A DNA stretch of 64,000 nt from Bacilli bacterium (GTDB lineage: Bacteria > Bacillota_I > Bacilli_A > RF39 > UBA660), in assembly GCA_028693035.1 (NCBI GenBank), contig JAQUWE010000004.1:9660-73659 (forward strand). The letters are read 5' to 3'. Position 1 is the first letter of the stretch; every line of letters starts with the position of its first letter. Positions 12,179 to 20,343 of the stretch are shown here, piece after piece. Under the pieces are notes generated by a model that searched no databases, was not told where the DNA came from, and worked only from the letters and a program-made list of their open reading frames with translations. The translations under genes and the position numbers were made by a program.

Positions 12179-13543
12179 TTAAGCAGTTCTTCTCCACATA
12201 TACACAGTTACATACGGTTGTAAATTAGAGAAAGCTGTTCCAGATCCTGTTGCCCCTGTTGTAGAAGCATTTGTAGAAACTGTATGGCTATGATTTCCTG
12301 TTGTACTTGTCGTTCCACTATAGGTATGCGTGTGCGCTCCTGCACTGCTCGTTGTTCCGCTATACGCATGCGTGTGATTTCCCGCATTATCCATTCCCAT
12401 ACGAGCGCCATGTGTTGGTTGGGTGGTTCCTACAAAATCTGCATAAACACCAAATATTCCACCGGAACGGTTGCTTGGATTCCAACTCCATCCACCAGCT
12501 GATGGATTATAATTATAAACATTATGTGTATGATTACCGGCTGCGCTTGTCGTACCACTAAAGGTATGGGTATGGGCTCCTGCAGAGGAAGAAGTTCCAC
12601 TAAAGGTATGGGCATGGTTTCCAGCTGTCGAAGTACTTCCACTTAAAGCTGGTATACTATGGCTGTGACTTGGCAAGTTAGCTGCTGCTAAAGTGGTGGT
12701 AGTGCTTCCTCCTGTTTTGCCTATCGTGTTAAAGTTGCCATCAGCACTATTGATGCCTACCAAAGTTCTTCCTGTTCCATAAGCTTCCCAAACACCGCCA
12801 AATAGTATAGATGGGCTTGTACTACTCGTACTAATATAAATACTTCCAACTGGGTATGTTTCATTTAACTGATTTTTACTGATGACAGAAATATCTGCGG
12901 TATTTTTAGCCACTTGTGTCTTTAAATTGCCAATATCAACAGTATTGGTCTGGACTTGACTTTTTAAGGTTGTATTTTCTGTTTGTAGTGAAGTAATCTT
13001 AGCATCTTGGCTTTTATCTTTATTCTCAAGACTTGTATTTTTAGAGTATAAATCTTTTACATCATCTTGTAATTTTTTTACTGCTTTTGTAAGTTCTTCT
13101 CTTGTTAGAGTCGTAGAAGTTGTTGTGACAACGACGGGTGTATCTGCATCTTTATTGGCATAGTATTTTCCATTGGTTAGGTTTTCTACTTCTATAGTGC
13201 CATCATTATAGAGCAAAACTTTCCCAGCTATAGGGGCTTCCCCACTATACGTAATTTCATACCCTTCTGCTGAGACACCTTTTTTCCCTAAAGCCTCATC
13301 AAAGACAAAAGAAATAAGTCCACCATTTTCTTCAAATGTTTTATATAACTTTGTACTATTTCTCGCAAAATACACATCGGCTGCTCTTACAATTCCTTCT
13401 GTTGTTTCTTTGAAAGCATTCTTTTGTGAACTTTCTATTACTTTATACACCATTGGTACTGTTATAACAGAGACAATACCTAGTACTACAATAATGCCTA
13501 ATACTTCTATTAAGGTAAAACCTTTTGGTCTTTTATTTCTCAT
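12179..13543 (-). CDS. Prepilin-type N-terminal cleavage/methylation domain protein with a coiled coil and a phage tail-collar/tail-fibre-like C-terminus carrying HxH repeats
   Basis: MRNKRPKG|FTLIEVL followed by a hydrophobic helix (class III signal). A coiled-coil segment is present (TSLQTENTTLKSQVQ...). The C-terminus has YPVGSIYIS...LFGGVWE...LPSHSH, six GNHxHT/GAHTHT repeats, and ends NLQPYVTVYMWRRTA. AAAGGAG lies 7 nt upstream of the ATG. Confidence 0.8.
   Translation of the reverse strand: MRNKRPKGFTLIEVLGIIVVLGIVSVITVPMVYKVIESSQKNAFKETTEGIVRAADVYFARNSTKLYKTFEENGGLISFVFDEALGKKGVSAEGYEITYSGEAPIAGKVLLYNDGTIEVENLTNGKYYANKDADTPVVVTTTSTTLTREELTKAVKKLQDDVKDLYSKNTSLENKDKSQDAKITSLQTENTTLKSQVQTNTVDIGNLKTQVAKNTADISVISKNQLNETYPVGSIYISTSSTSPSILFGGVWEAYGTGRTLVGINSADGNFNTIGKTGGSTTTTLAAANLPSHSHSIPALSGSTSTAGNHAHTFSGTSSSAGAHTHTFSGTTSAAGNHTHNVYNYNPSAGGWSWNPSNRSGGIFGVYADFVGTTQPTHGARMGMDNAGNHTHAYSGTTSSAGAHTHTYSGTTSTTGNHSHTVSTNASTTGATGSGTAFSNLQPYVTVYMWRRTA
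12250..12680 (-). repeat. Coding tandem repeats (S/T-rich G-x-H-x-H units)
   Basis: Two blocks of three units, AGNHAHTFSGTSSS / AGAHTHTFSGTTSA / AGNHTHN and AGNHTHAYSGTTSS / AGAHTHTYSGTTST / TGNHSHT. The region is locally GC-enriched. Confidence 0.7.
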
Positions 13544-13623
13544 TTTTACACTCCTTTTATTCTACTTTTTTTGTACTCTCTTATATACAAAGTATACCTT
13601 TTTTTTAAAAGTTGTAAAGCATA

Positions 13624-13648
13624 GAAAAAAATATCCGAAGATATTTTT
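13624..13648 (-). terminator. Rho-independent terminator after mraY
   Basis: Stem aaatatc / gatattt with a cgaa loop, and a T-run on the minus strand. Confidence 0.55.
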
Positions 13649-14639
13649 AAATCCAAACACCAAAACCGATAGCTGCCATACTAAGAATAAGTCCTACTAC
13701 CCAAAACATTTTAACGATGTCTCGCTCTCCCCATCCTAATTTTTCAAAATGATGATGGAGAGGTGCCATCAGAAGTACTTTTTTACCAAAGTATCTTCCT
13801 GCAACCATTTGCACAATACAAGATACTGTTTCTATTACAAACACACCTGCTACTACGATAAGTGTAAATTCATGACTGGTAATAATCGCTACCGCTGCTA
13901 AAGTAGCTCCTAAGGATAAAGAACCGGTATCTCCCATAATCACTTTGGCAGGATGATCATTAAAGACTAAAAATCCTAAAAGAGCTCCTACTAAAATAAA
14001 ACAGAAAATAGCAATGTCTTCATGTCCTTGTAACCATGCAGTTCCCCAGGTAATTACACCGAAGGCTGCAAAAGCCATTACGGAAAGTCCGCCTGCAAGA
14101 CCATCTAATCCATCTGTAATATTCACAGCATTAGAAGTAGCTACTAAAACAAGTAAAATAAATAAAGCAAAGAAAATACCCATTTCTATTTTTATATTTA
14201 AAGTATAAATAAAGAGTCTTGGTTCATTTCCACTTGCTACATATAAATAGTAAAAGACGATCGCAATTAAAATTTGACCAATCAACTTTTGCCATTCTGT
14301 AAGTCCTTCATTCTTTTTTCTTTTGATAATTAAGTAATCATCTAAAAATCCAAGTAATCCATATGCTACAAATACAAATAAAATAATAAATAAATGACTT
14401 GTAAATTGCATTTTACCAGTTAGGATAAGTAACAAAGTAGCAAATAAAGTAGGAAGAATAAAGATAAGTCCTCCCATTGTTGGAATTCCTTCTTTTTCTT
14501 TATGCTTTTTGGCTAGAAAAATACTTATTTTTTGTTTTGCTTTCAATTTTCTTAAAATGGGTATAAATACCAATCCAAATATAACGGATATAATAAACCC
14601 TATCATCATTGCGAGTACGGATTTTGCTAAAATTAACAC
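13647..14639 (-). CDS. mraY: Phospho-N-acetylmuramoyl-pentapeptide transferase MraY
   Basis: Ten-TM protein with KEGIPTMGG, NAVNITDGLDGLA, GDTGSLSLG and PLHHHFE motifs. GTG start. Confidence 0.95.
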   Translation of the reverse strand: MLILAKSVLAMMIGFIISVIFGLVFIPILRKLKAKQKISIFLAKKHKEKEGIPTMGGLIFILPTLFATLLLILTGKMQFTSHLFIILFVFVAYGLLGFLDDYLIIKRKKNEGLTEWQKLIGQILIAIVFYYLYVASGNEPRLFIYTLNIKIEMGIFFALFILLVLVATSNAVNITDGLDGLAGGLSVMAFAAFGVITWGTAWLQGHEDIAIFCFILVGALLGFLVFNDHPAKVIMGDTGSLSLGATLAAVAIITSHEFTLIVVAGVFVIETVSCIVQMVAGRYFGKKVLLMAPLHHHFEKLGWGERDIVKMFWVVGLILSMAAIGFGVWI

Positions 14640-14650
14640 ACGATCATCTC

Positions 14651-15997
14651 CTACATAAATTCTAATACCACTTGTTTATCATCAAAGTAACTTTTTTCAC
14701 CACAAATTATTTGATATGTTTCATGTCCTTTTCCAAGCAATAATAGTATATCATTTTTTTCTAATAATTGCACACCTTTTTGAATGGCATCTTTTCTGTT
14801 TACTATTACTTCATAATTGGTATTGCTAAGTCCCTTTACCATATCTTCTAAAATACTTGTAGGATCTTCCCATCTTGGGTTATCACTTGTAAAGATAGCG
14901 TAATCGCCTAAATCTGTCGCAATCCTAGCCATATGGGGTCTTTTGGTTTTGTCTCTATTTCCACCACACCCAATAATGACATATATTTTTCCTTCACATA
15001 TTTCTTTTGCTGAAACAATCATATTTTCTACAGCATCTGGCGTATGTGCATAATCTATAATAATAGTATTTTCATTATATCTTATTTTATCCATTCTACC
15101 AATAGGAGGCTGCACATTTTTGACAATTTGTCTTGTTTCTTTAAATCCTATTTCATTTAAAACAGCAATACAAGCTAACATATTATAAATATTGTATTTG
15201 CCAATCAAACTACTTTCGTATTCTTTTTTTTGTCCCATATATTCTATTGTAAATGTATTTTTATCGGAATTGATTTTGTAATCGGTTACCGTATAGTCTC
15301 CATTTTGAAATCCATAAAATAAAGTTTTATTGGCTTCTAAGACATAGTATAGATAGTAAGGATCATCACTATTGACAATCGCTTTTCCACCTTTTTTTAA
15401 TTGTTCAAATAGTTTTTGTTTTGCAAGAGCATAGTTTTCCATTGTTTTGTGAAAGTCTAAATGATCTCTTGTTAAATTGGTAAAAACAGCGTAATCAAAT
15501 AAAAGTCCCTCTACTCTTCCGTAAGAAAGGGCATGGCTGCTTACTTCTAAAGCAACATATTCTATTTTTTGTTCTTTACATTCTAATAGCATTTCATATA
15601 CATCTAAAAGATCAGGTGTTGTATTATTTAAATCTCTTACTTTAGAGTCCATATAAAAGCCAATGGTTCCAATGTATGCACTTTTTTTATGGAGTGCCTG
15701 CAAAGCTTCATAGAGAAGAAAGCAGGTTGTTGTTTTGCCATTGGTTCCCGTTACCCCTATTAGTTTTATATCAGCAACTAAGGGATATATATTTTCTTTT
15801 AAATATTTGGTTAAATAGTCTCTTGTATCTTCTACCAAAATGGTTTCTACAGAGTAAGATCCTTTTTCTGCAATAATGGTAGTGGCCCCTTTTTCGATGG
15901 CATCTTTGATGTACTCATGTCCATCGTGTACAGCGCCTTTTAATGCGACAAAGGTATCTCCTTTTTCTATTTTTCTAGAATCTATTTTGATTTTCAT
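14651..15997 (-). CDS. murE: UDP-MurNAc-L-Ala-D-Glu:meso-DAP ligase MurE (DNPR type)
   Basis: DSRKIEKGDTFVA, GVTGTNGKTTT, LEVSSHAL, and DNPR in FTSDNPRWEDP. AGAGGTGG plus 5 nt favours the ATG at 15997. Confidence 0.85.
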   Translation of the reverse strand: MKIKIDSRKIEKGDTFVALKGAVHDGHEYIKDAIEKGATTIIAEKGSYSVETILVEDTRDYLTKYLKENIYPLVADIKLIGVTGTNGKTTTCFLLYEALQALHKKSAYIGTIGFYMDSKVRDLNNTTPDLLDVYEMLLECKEQKIEYVALEVSSHALSYGRVEGLLFDYAVFTNLTRDHLDFHKTMENYALAKQKLFEQLKKGGKAIVNSDDPYYLYYVLEANKTLFYGFQNGDYTVTDYKINSDKNTFTIEYMGQKKEYESSLIGKYNIYNMLACIAVLNEIGFKETRQIVKNVQPPIGRMDKIRYNENTIIIDYAHTPDAVENMIVSAKEICEGKIYVIIGCGGNRDKTKRPHMARIATDLGDYAIFTSDNPRWEDPTSILEDMVKGLSNTNYEVIVNRKDAIQKGVQLLEKNDILLLLGKGHETYQIICGEKSYFDDKQVVLEFM

Positions 15998-16094
15998 ATA
16001 AACCACCTCTACTTTATTTTATGGCTTTATAAAAAAGAGGTGCTTTTTAGAAAAAAAGACCTTCTATAATAAGAAAGACTTTGTTATTTTTGTT

Positions 16095-17051
16095 CTAACT
16101 TTTGAAGAAAGAATCATTTTGTAAAAAATTGTGATTGTTTAAATCAATTTGGATATAATCAACCACTTTTTTTGCTTTTATAAGATATTCTATAACAAAA
16201 GATTGTTCTTTTGTTTCATCATAAGTAATTGTGAGTTCTAACAATCTTAAAAGCAAAAGATAAAGTAACTGGTTATAGAGATTTTTTGGTGGATGATTTT
16301 CATAAACACCTTGTATAAAACCATCAAAGAATTTTGCATTCTCCTGGCGATTAAAAGCAGATGCGATGGACCATCTAAAGTTCATTACAAAATAATCGAA
16401 ACAAAAAGATTCTATATCAATGACTGTAAGGGTGTGCTCTTTTTCTACCATCATATTTTTAGGATGCATATCACCGTGTATATATTCTTTTTTACAGTCT
16501 TTAAAACTTTCTTTTAGTGCATAGAGTCTATCTATAATATGTTCTATTTCTTTTCTACTAAAAACTTTGGAAAAGGCATCATAATTTTTATTATAAATGG
16601 AGGTAAATGCTTCAACTGTAGTTTGCGTTAACGCATCTATATCTTCTCTTTTTTCAAATTCTTTTTTTTGTGGTTCTTTTTCATTGATTTCTTTAAAATA
16701 GTTACCTGCTGTAACGCCATAAGTATAAAATTGTTCTTTTGAACAGGTATCATATAAAGTATTTAAAGCTTTGCCATCTATCCAACTATAGATACAATAT
16801 ATTTTATTTTCTATCGTTCCAGAGGTGATAAGCTGCATAGCTTTGGGTGTATGCTTTGTATAAATAGAGACTATTTCTTTTATATTTTCTAAAGTTAAAG
16901 GACTGTTATCCATTATTTTTAGAAAGAAAGTCTCTTTTCCGCGCATAACTTTTAAGACAGTCGCACCAGACTGACTATCTTGGATGGGTTCTAAAATATC
17001 AATTTCCTTTAAAAAATTTATTTTTCTTATATACTCTGTCATTTCTTTCAT
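16095..17051 (-). CDS. Phosphotransferase of the APH/choline-kinase family, substrate unknown
   Basis: Catalytic loop IHGDMHPKNMMV and the metal-binding VIDIESF motif, in a 318-aa protein of kinase-fold size. Confidence 0.7.
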   Translation of the reverse strand: MKEMTEYIRKINFLKEIDILEPIQDSQSGATVLKVMRGKETFFLKIMDNSPLTLENIKEIVSIYTKHTPKAMQLITSGTIENKIYCIYSWIDGKALNTLYDTCSKEQFYTYGVTAGNYFKEINEKEPQKKEFEKREDIDALTQTTVEAFTSIYNKNYDAFSKVFSRKEIEHIIDRLYALKESFKDCKKEYIHGDMHPKNMMVEKEHTLTVIDIESFCFDYFVMNFRWSIASAFNRQENAKFFDGFIQGVYENHPPKNLYNQLLYLLLLRLLELTITYDETKEQSFVIEYLIKAKKVVDYIQIDLNNHNFLQNDSFFKS

Positions 17052-17066
17052 CTCTATTCTTCTTTA

Positions 17067-17105
17067 TAAAAAAAGCTTTATAATAGTTTTTCATCTATTA
17101 TAAAG
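17067..17105 (-). terminator. Strong rho-independent terminator after the murE paralog
   Basis: Perfect 11-bp inverted repeat ctttataatag / ctattataaag with an 8-nt loop, then a 7-8 nt T-run on the minus strand. Confidence 0.75.
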
Positions 17106-17123
17106 TTTTTATTTGTATTTATT

Positions 17124-18503
17124 TTATGATTCTACCAAAGTTCCTTTTTTTTGCAAATATGTAGATACTTCTTTTTTATCACTAAAAGGAATTCTTTCAT
17201 TTCCAACAATCATCGCATCTTCATGCCCCTTGCCAAGAATTAAAAAGATATCATTTTCTTTTAATAAATCAATTCCTTTTATAATTGCTTTTTTACGATC
17301 TAAACAAACTTCATAATTGTCATAAGTAGCGCCTTCTGTCATATCTGCAACGATTTGTTTTGGGTCTTCAAAATGAAGATCATCGTTGGTAATAATGACG
17401 TGATCTGCTAAGTGACAAGCAAGAGATAACATAATAGGTCTTTTGGTTCTGTCTCTGTCTCCCGTACAACCAAAAGCTACATAGATTTTTCCTTTACAGA
17501 TGGTTTTTACTGTTTTTAATATTTTTTCCACAGCATCTGGTGTATGAGCATAATCAATAATAATACTATTTGTTTTATAATGAATGGTTTCCATACGTCC
17601 AATAGGCGCTTTTAATAAAGGAATGATTTCTTTTAACTTATCTGCAAAACCCATTTCACTTAAAATACAAATTGCACTTAACATATTATAAATATTATAT
17701 TGGGCGATCAGTTGCATGTCTATTTCATATATAATGCCTTTATGTTCATAAGAGAAAGTAGTTCCTTCTGCAGTCATTTTATAAGAATCAACCTTATAAT
17801 CTCCACCTGTAAATCCATAGGTAATATTGTCATTTCCTTCTAATAAAAAGTAATCTTTATATTTATCATCTATATTGATAAATGCTTTTCCATTTTTCTT
17901 AAGCTTTTTGAATAACAATTGTTTTGCAAGAGCATAGTTTCCCATGGTTTTGTGATAATCTAAATGATCTTGTGTAAGATTTGTAAACAAAGCATAATCA
18001 AATAAATATCCTTCTACCCTATTATAAGAAAGAGCATGACTGCTGACTTCCATAATAATATATTTACAGCCATCTTCCTTTGCTTGCATAAACATATCAT
18101 AACTATCCCAAATATCAGGACTTGAATTTGGTAAAGAAAATACTTTTTCTTCTAGGTAAAAACCATTGGTACCAATATAAGCACTTTTTATACCCATAAG
18201 TCTTAAAGCTTTATAAATAAGAAAGGCAGTTGTTGTTTTTCCATTGGTTCCTGTAATTCCTACAAATTTAACGTTTCTAAGTTTTGGATTGTAATGTTTT
18301 TTTAAATAAGACAAAAGATATTCTCTACTATCATCCACTATTTCATAGGGAATTTCATAGGTTCCTTCTTCTGCGATAATTTTAGAAGCTCCATTTTGAA
18401 TGGCTTTATCTATATAATCATGCCCATCTCCATCAATGCCTCTAACAGCAACAAAGATGTCTCCGTTTTTTACTTTTCTAGAATCTGCTGTTATATCTAA
18501 CAT
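17124..18503 (-). CDS. MurE-family Mur ligase paralog with a non-DNPR specificity motif
   Basis: DSRKVKNGDIFVA, GITGTNGKTTT and MEVSSHAL are MurE-like rather than MurF-like. NDDLHFEDP replaces DNPRWEDP. GAGGTG lies 7 nt upstream of the ATG. Confidence 0.8.
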   Translation of the reverse strand: MLDITADSRKVKNGDIFVAVRGIDGDGHDYIDKAIQNGASKIIAEEGTYEIPYEIVDDSREYLLSYLKKHYNPKLRNVKFVGITGTNGKTTTAFLIYKALRLMGIKSAYIGTNGFYLEEKVFSLPNSSPDIWDSYDMFMQAKEDGCKYIIMEVSSHALSYNRVEGYLFDYALFTNLTQDHLDYHKTMGNYALAKQLLFKKLKKNGKAFINIDDKYKDYFLLEGNDNITYGFTGGDYKVDSYKMTAEGTTFSYEHKGIIYEIDMQLIAQYNIYNMLSAICILSEMGFADKLKEIIPLLKAPIGRMETIHYKTNSIIIDYAHTPDAVEKILKTVKTICKGKIYVAFGCTGDRDRTKRPIMLSLACHLADHVIITNDDLHFEDPKQIVADMTEGATYDNYEVCLDRKKAIIKGIDLLKENDIFLILGKGHEDAMIVGNERIPFSDKKEVSTYLQKKGTLVES

Positions 18504-18623
18504 ATTTACACCTCATTTTTTATTTTACTATAAATTTTATAGAATTACAAATAGTCCTTTCTATAGTATTGTTATATTCAGTAAAAGTATGTACTAAAAA
18601 AGCCGTCTTTCTTAGTAAAAAAA

Positions 18624-19334
18624 CTAAAAAGATGACTTTTCTATTAAACTTTCTTTATTAAATGATTTGATTTCTCCTATTTTATTATATAGAACTTGTA
18701 TTTTGGTTTGGTTATATGTGGATAAATCTAAAACAATTTCTGTGATATTGCCATCTAGAGTTGTCGTAGAAATCCCTACATTTCCTTCTATAGGCACTGT
18801 TTCTTCTTTATATAAGGAAGCAAACGTAGAAATAGGTAAAAGATATGTTTTTACTATTTTTTTATCTGCATACTGGGTAGTCGCATTTAAAGTAGCTTTT
18901 TCTATATAACCCGATAATTGTTTAGGTGTAATCTTTTCAAAATCAAAGAAAAGAGGTGTACTTTCTACCATCGTAGGCGCTAAATAATAATGGCTGTTTT
19001 CTACATAATAAACGTCTCCCGTTTCCTCTACTGTAATGCTTTGTTTATTATTATATCTTTTTCCCCTTACATGCACTGTTTTAATAGGTTCGTCTGTTGT
19101 AAGTAAATATGTAATATTTGTTTGATATTCATAATTAACCAATGTATCTAAAGTGGCTTTTTTAGGAAGCTTATTTTGGTATAGTTCATCTTTATCTTTA
19201 AAATCAATAAATAAAAATATACAAGTAAAAAAGAGAAGATAAAGCCCTAGTTTCATAAGAGACTTGTACCTTGGAATGGCCCATAGCTCTTTAAGCTTTT
19301 CTATGTAAACATTCTTCTTTTTTTCTTTTTTCAT
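18624..19334 (-). CDS. Hypothetical membrane-anchored protein
   Basis: A single N-terminal TM helix followed by about 180 aa that are predicted to be extracellular. The ATG at 19334 sits 1 nt after the fmt stop. Confidence 0.5.
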   Translation of the reverse strand: MKKEKKKNVYIEKLKELWAIPRYKSLMKLGLYLLFFTCIFLFIDFKDKDELYQNKLPKKATLDTLVNYEYQTNITYLLTTDEPIKTVHVRGKRYNNKQSITVEETGDVYYVENSHYYLAPTMVESTPLFFDFEKITPKQLSGYIEKATLNATTQYADKKIVKTYLLPISTFASLYKEETVPIEGNVGISTTTLDGNITEIVLDLSTYNQTKIQVLYNKIGEIKSFNKESLIEKSSF

Positions 19335-19335
19335 C

Positions 19336-20319
19336 TTAGTCAATCACTTTTCCTAACAATTCTTCTTTTTGATGATATCCATTGATAAAGTCTACGGCTT
19401 TCATTTTTCCTTTTCCTTCTGGTTGAATTTCTTTTAAAATAATTTCTCCATTGGATACTTTCACACCAAGACCTTCTTTATAAAAGCCTGTAATTTGTCC
19501 ATCAAATTTTTCTGGAAAATAGTTGGTAGAAATTAGCACTTCCCATACTTTTACGATTTTGCCATCTAAAACACAGTAAGCACCTGGCCAGCTATTAAGA
19601 CCTCTTACTTGGTTATAAATTTCTCTTTTTGTTTTGGAAAAGTCAATTCTTTCATCTTCTCTTTTAATATTAAAAGCATATGTTACTTCACTTGTATCTT
19701 GTTTGGTTCTTGGATTGGTTCCCTCTATAATAGAAGGCAGGGTTTCTAAAAGTAAATCTCTTCCTACAATAGACAATTTATCATGTAGTGTAGAAGCGGT
19801 ATCTTCTTCTGTAATTTCTACTTCTCTTTGACTGATAATGTCACCAGCGTCCATTGCTTTGCTCATATACATAATCGTCATACCTGTTTTACGGTGTCCT
19901 TTGATAATGGCCCCATGAATAGGAGCCCCCCCTCTTAGTTTTGGTAACAAGGAAGCGTGCACATTGATGCATCCAAGTCTTGGTAACTGCAAAAGGGTAA
20001 CAGGTAAAATTTGTCCGTAAGCACAAGTAACAATTAAGTCTGGCTTCCATGCATAAATTTCTTCTTCTGCTTCTTTTATTTTTTCTGGTTGTATAACTAA
20101 AATTCTATGTTTTAAAGCAACCTCTTTGATAGGGGTTGGAGAAAGGGTTCCTTTTCTGCCTACTTTACGGTCAGGCTGCGTAACAATACCCTTTACATTA
20201 TAATTTTCTATAAGTCCTTCTAAAACAGGAACAGCAAAATCTGGAGTTCCCATAAATACTATACGTAATTCTTTTTCTACGTGGATATCTTCTACATTCA
20301 TATTATCACCTATTTTCAT
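19336..20319 (-). CDS. fmt: Methionyl-tRNA formyltransferase
   Basis: RIVFMGTPDFAVPVL, HASLLPKLRGGAPI. An alternative start exists at the ATG at 20301. Confidence 0.93.
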   Translation of the reverse strand: MKIGDNMNVEDIHVEKELRIVFMGTPDFAVPVLEGLIENYNVKGIVTQPDRKVGRKGTLSPTPIKEVALKHRILVIQPEKIKEAEEEIYAWKPDLIVTCAYGQILPVTLLQLPRLGCINVHASLLPKLRGGAPIHGAIIKGHRKTGMTIMYMSKAMDAGDIISQREVEITEEDTASTLHDKLSIVGRDLLLETLPSIIEGTNPRTKQDTSEVTYAFNIKREDERIDFSKTKREIYNQVRGLNSWPGAYCVLDGKIVKVWEVLISTNYFPEKFDGQITGFYKEGLGVKVSNGEIILKEIQPEGKGKMKAVDFINGYHQKEELLGKVID

Positions 20320-20343
20320 TTTATCACACTTCTTTCTATTCTT

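Noticed and set aside
12208-12642. Several 67-86 aa ORFs on both strands inside the pilin-like gene's HxH repeat region
   Set aside because: They are low-complexity, GC-enriched repeat artefacts lying fully inside a well-supported 454-aa CDS.
18504-18623. Imperfect hairpin (gccgtctttcttagt ... actaaaaagatgac) as a terminator downstream of the 18624 gene
   Set aside because: The stem has several mismatches and wobble pairs. It is plausible but too weak to list as a feature.
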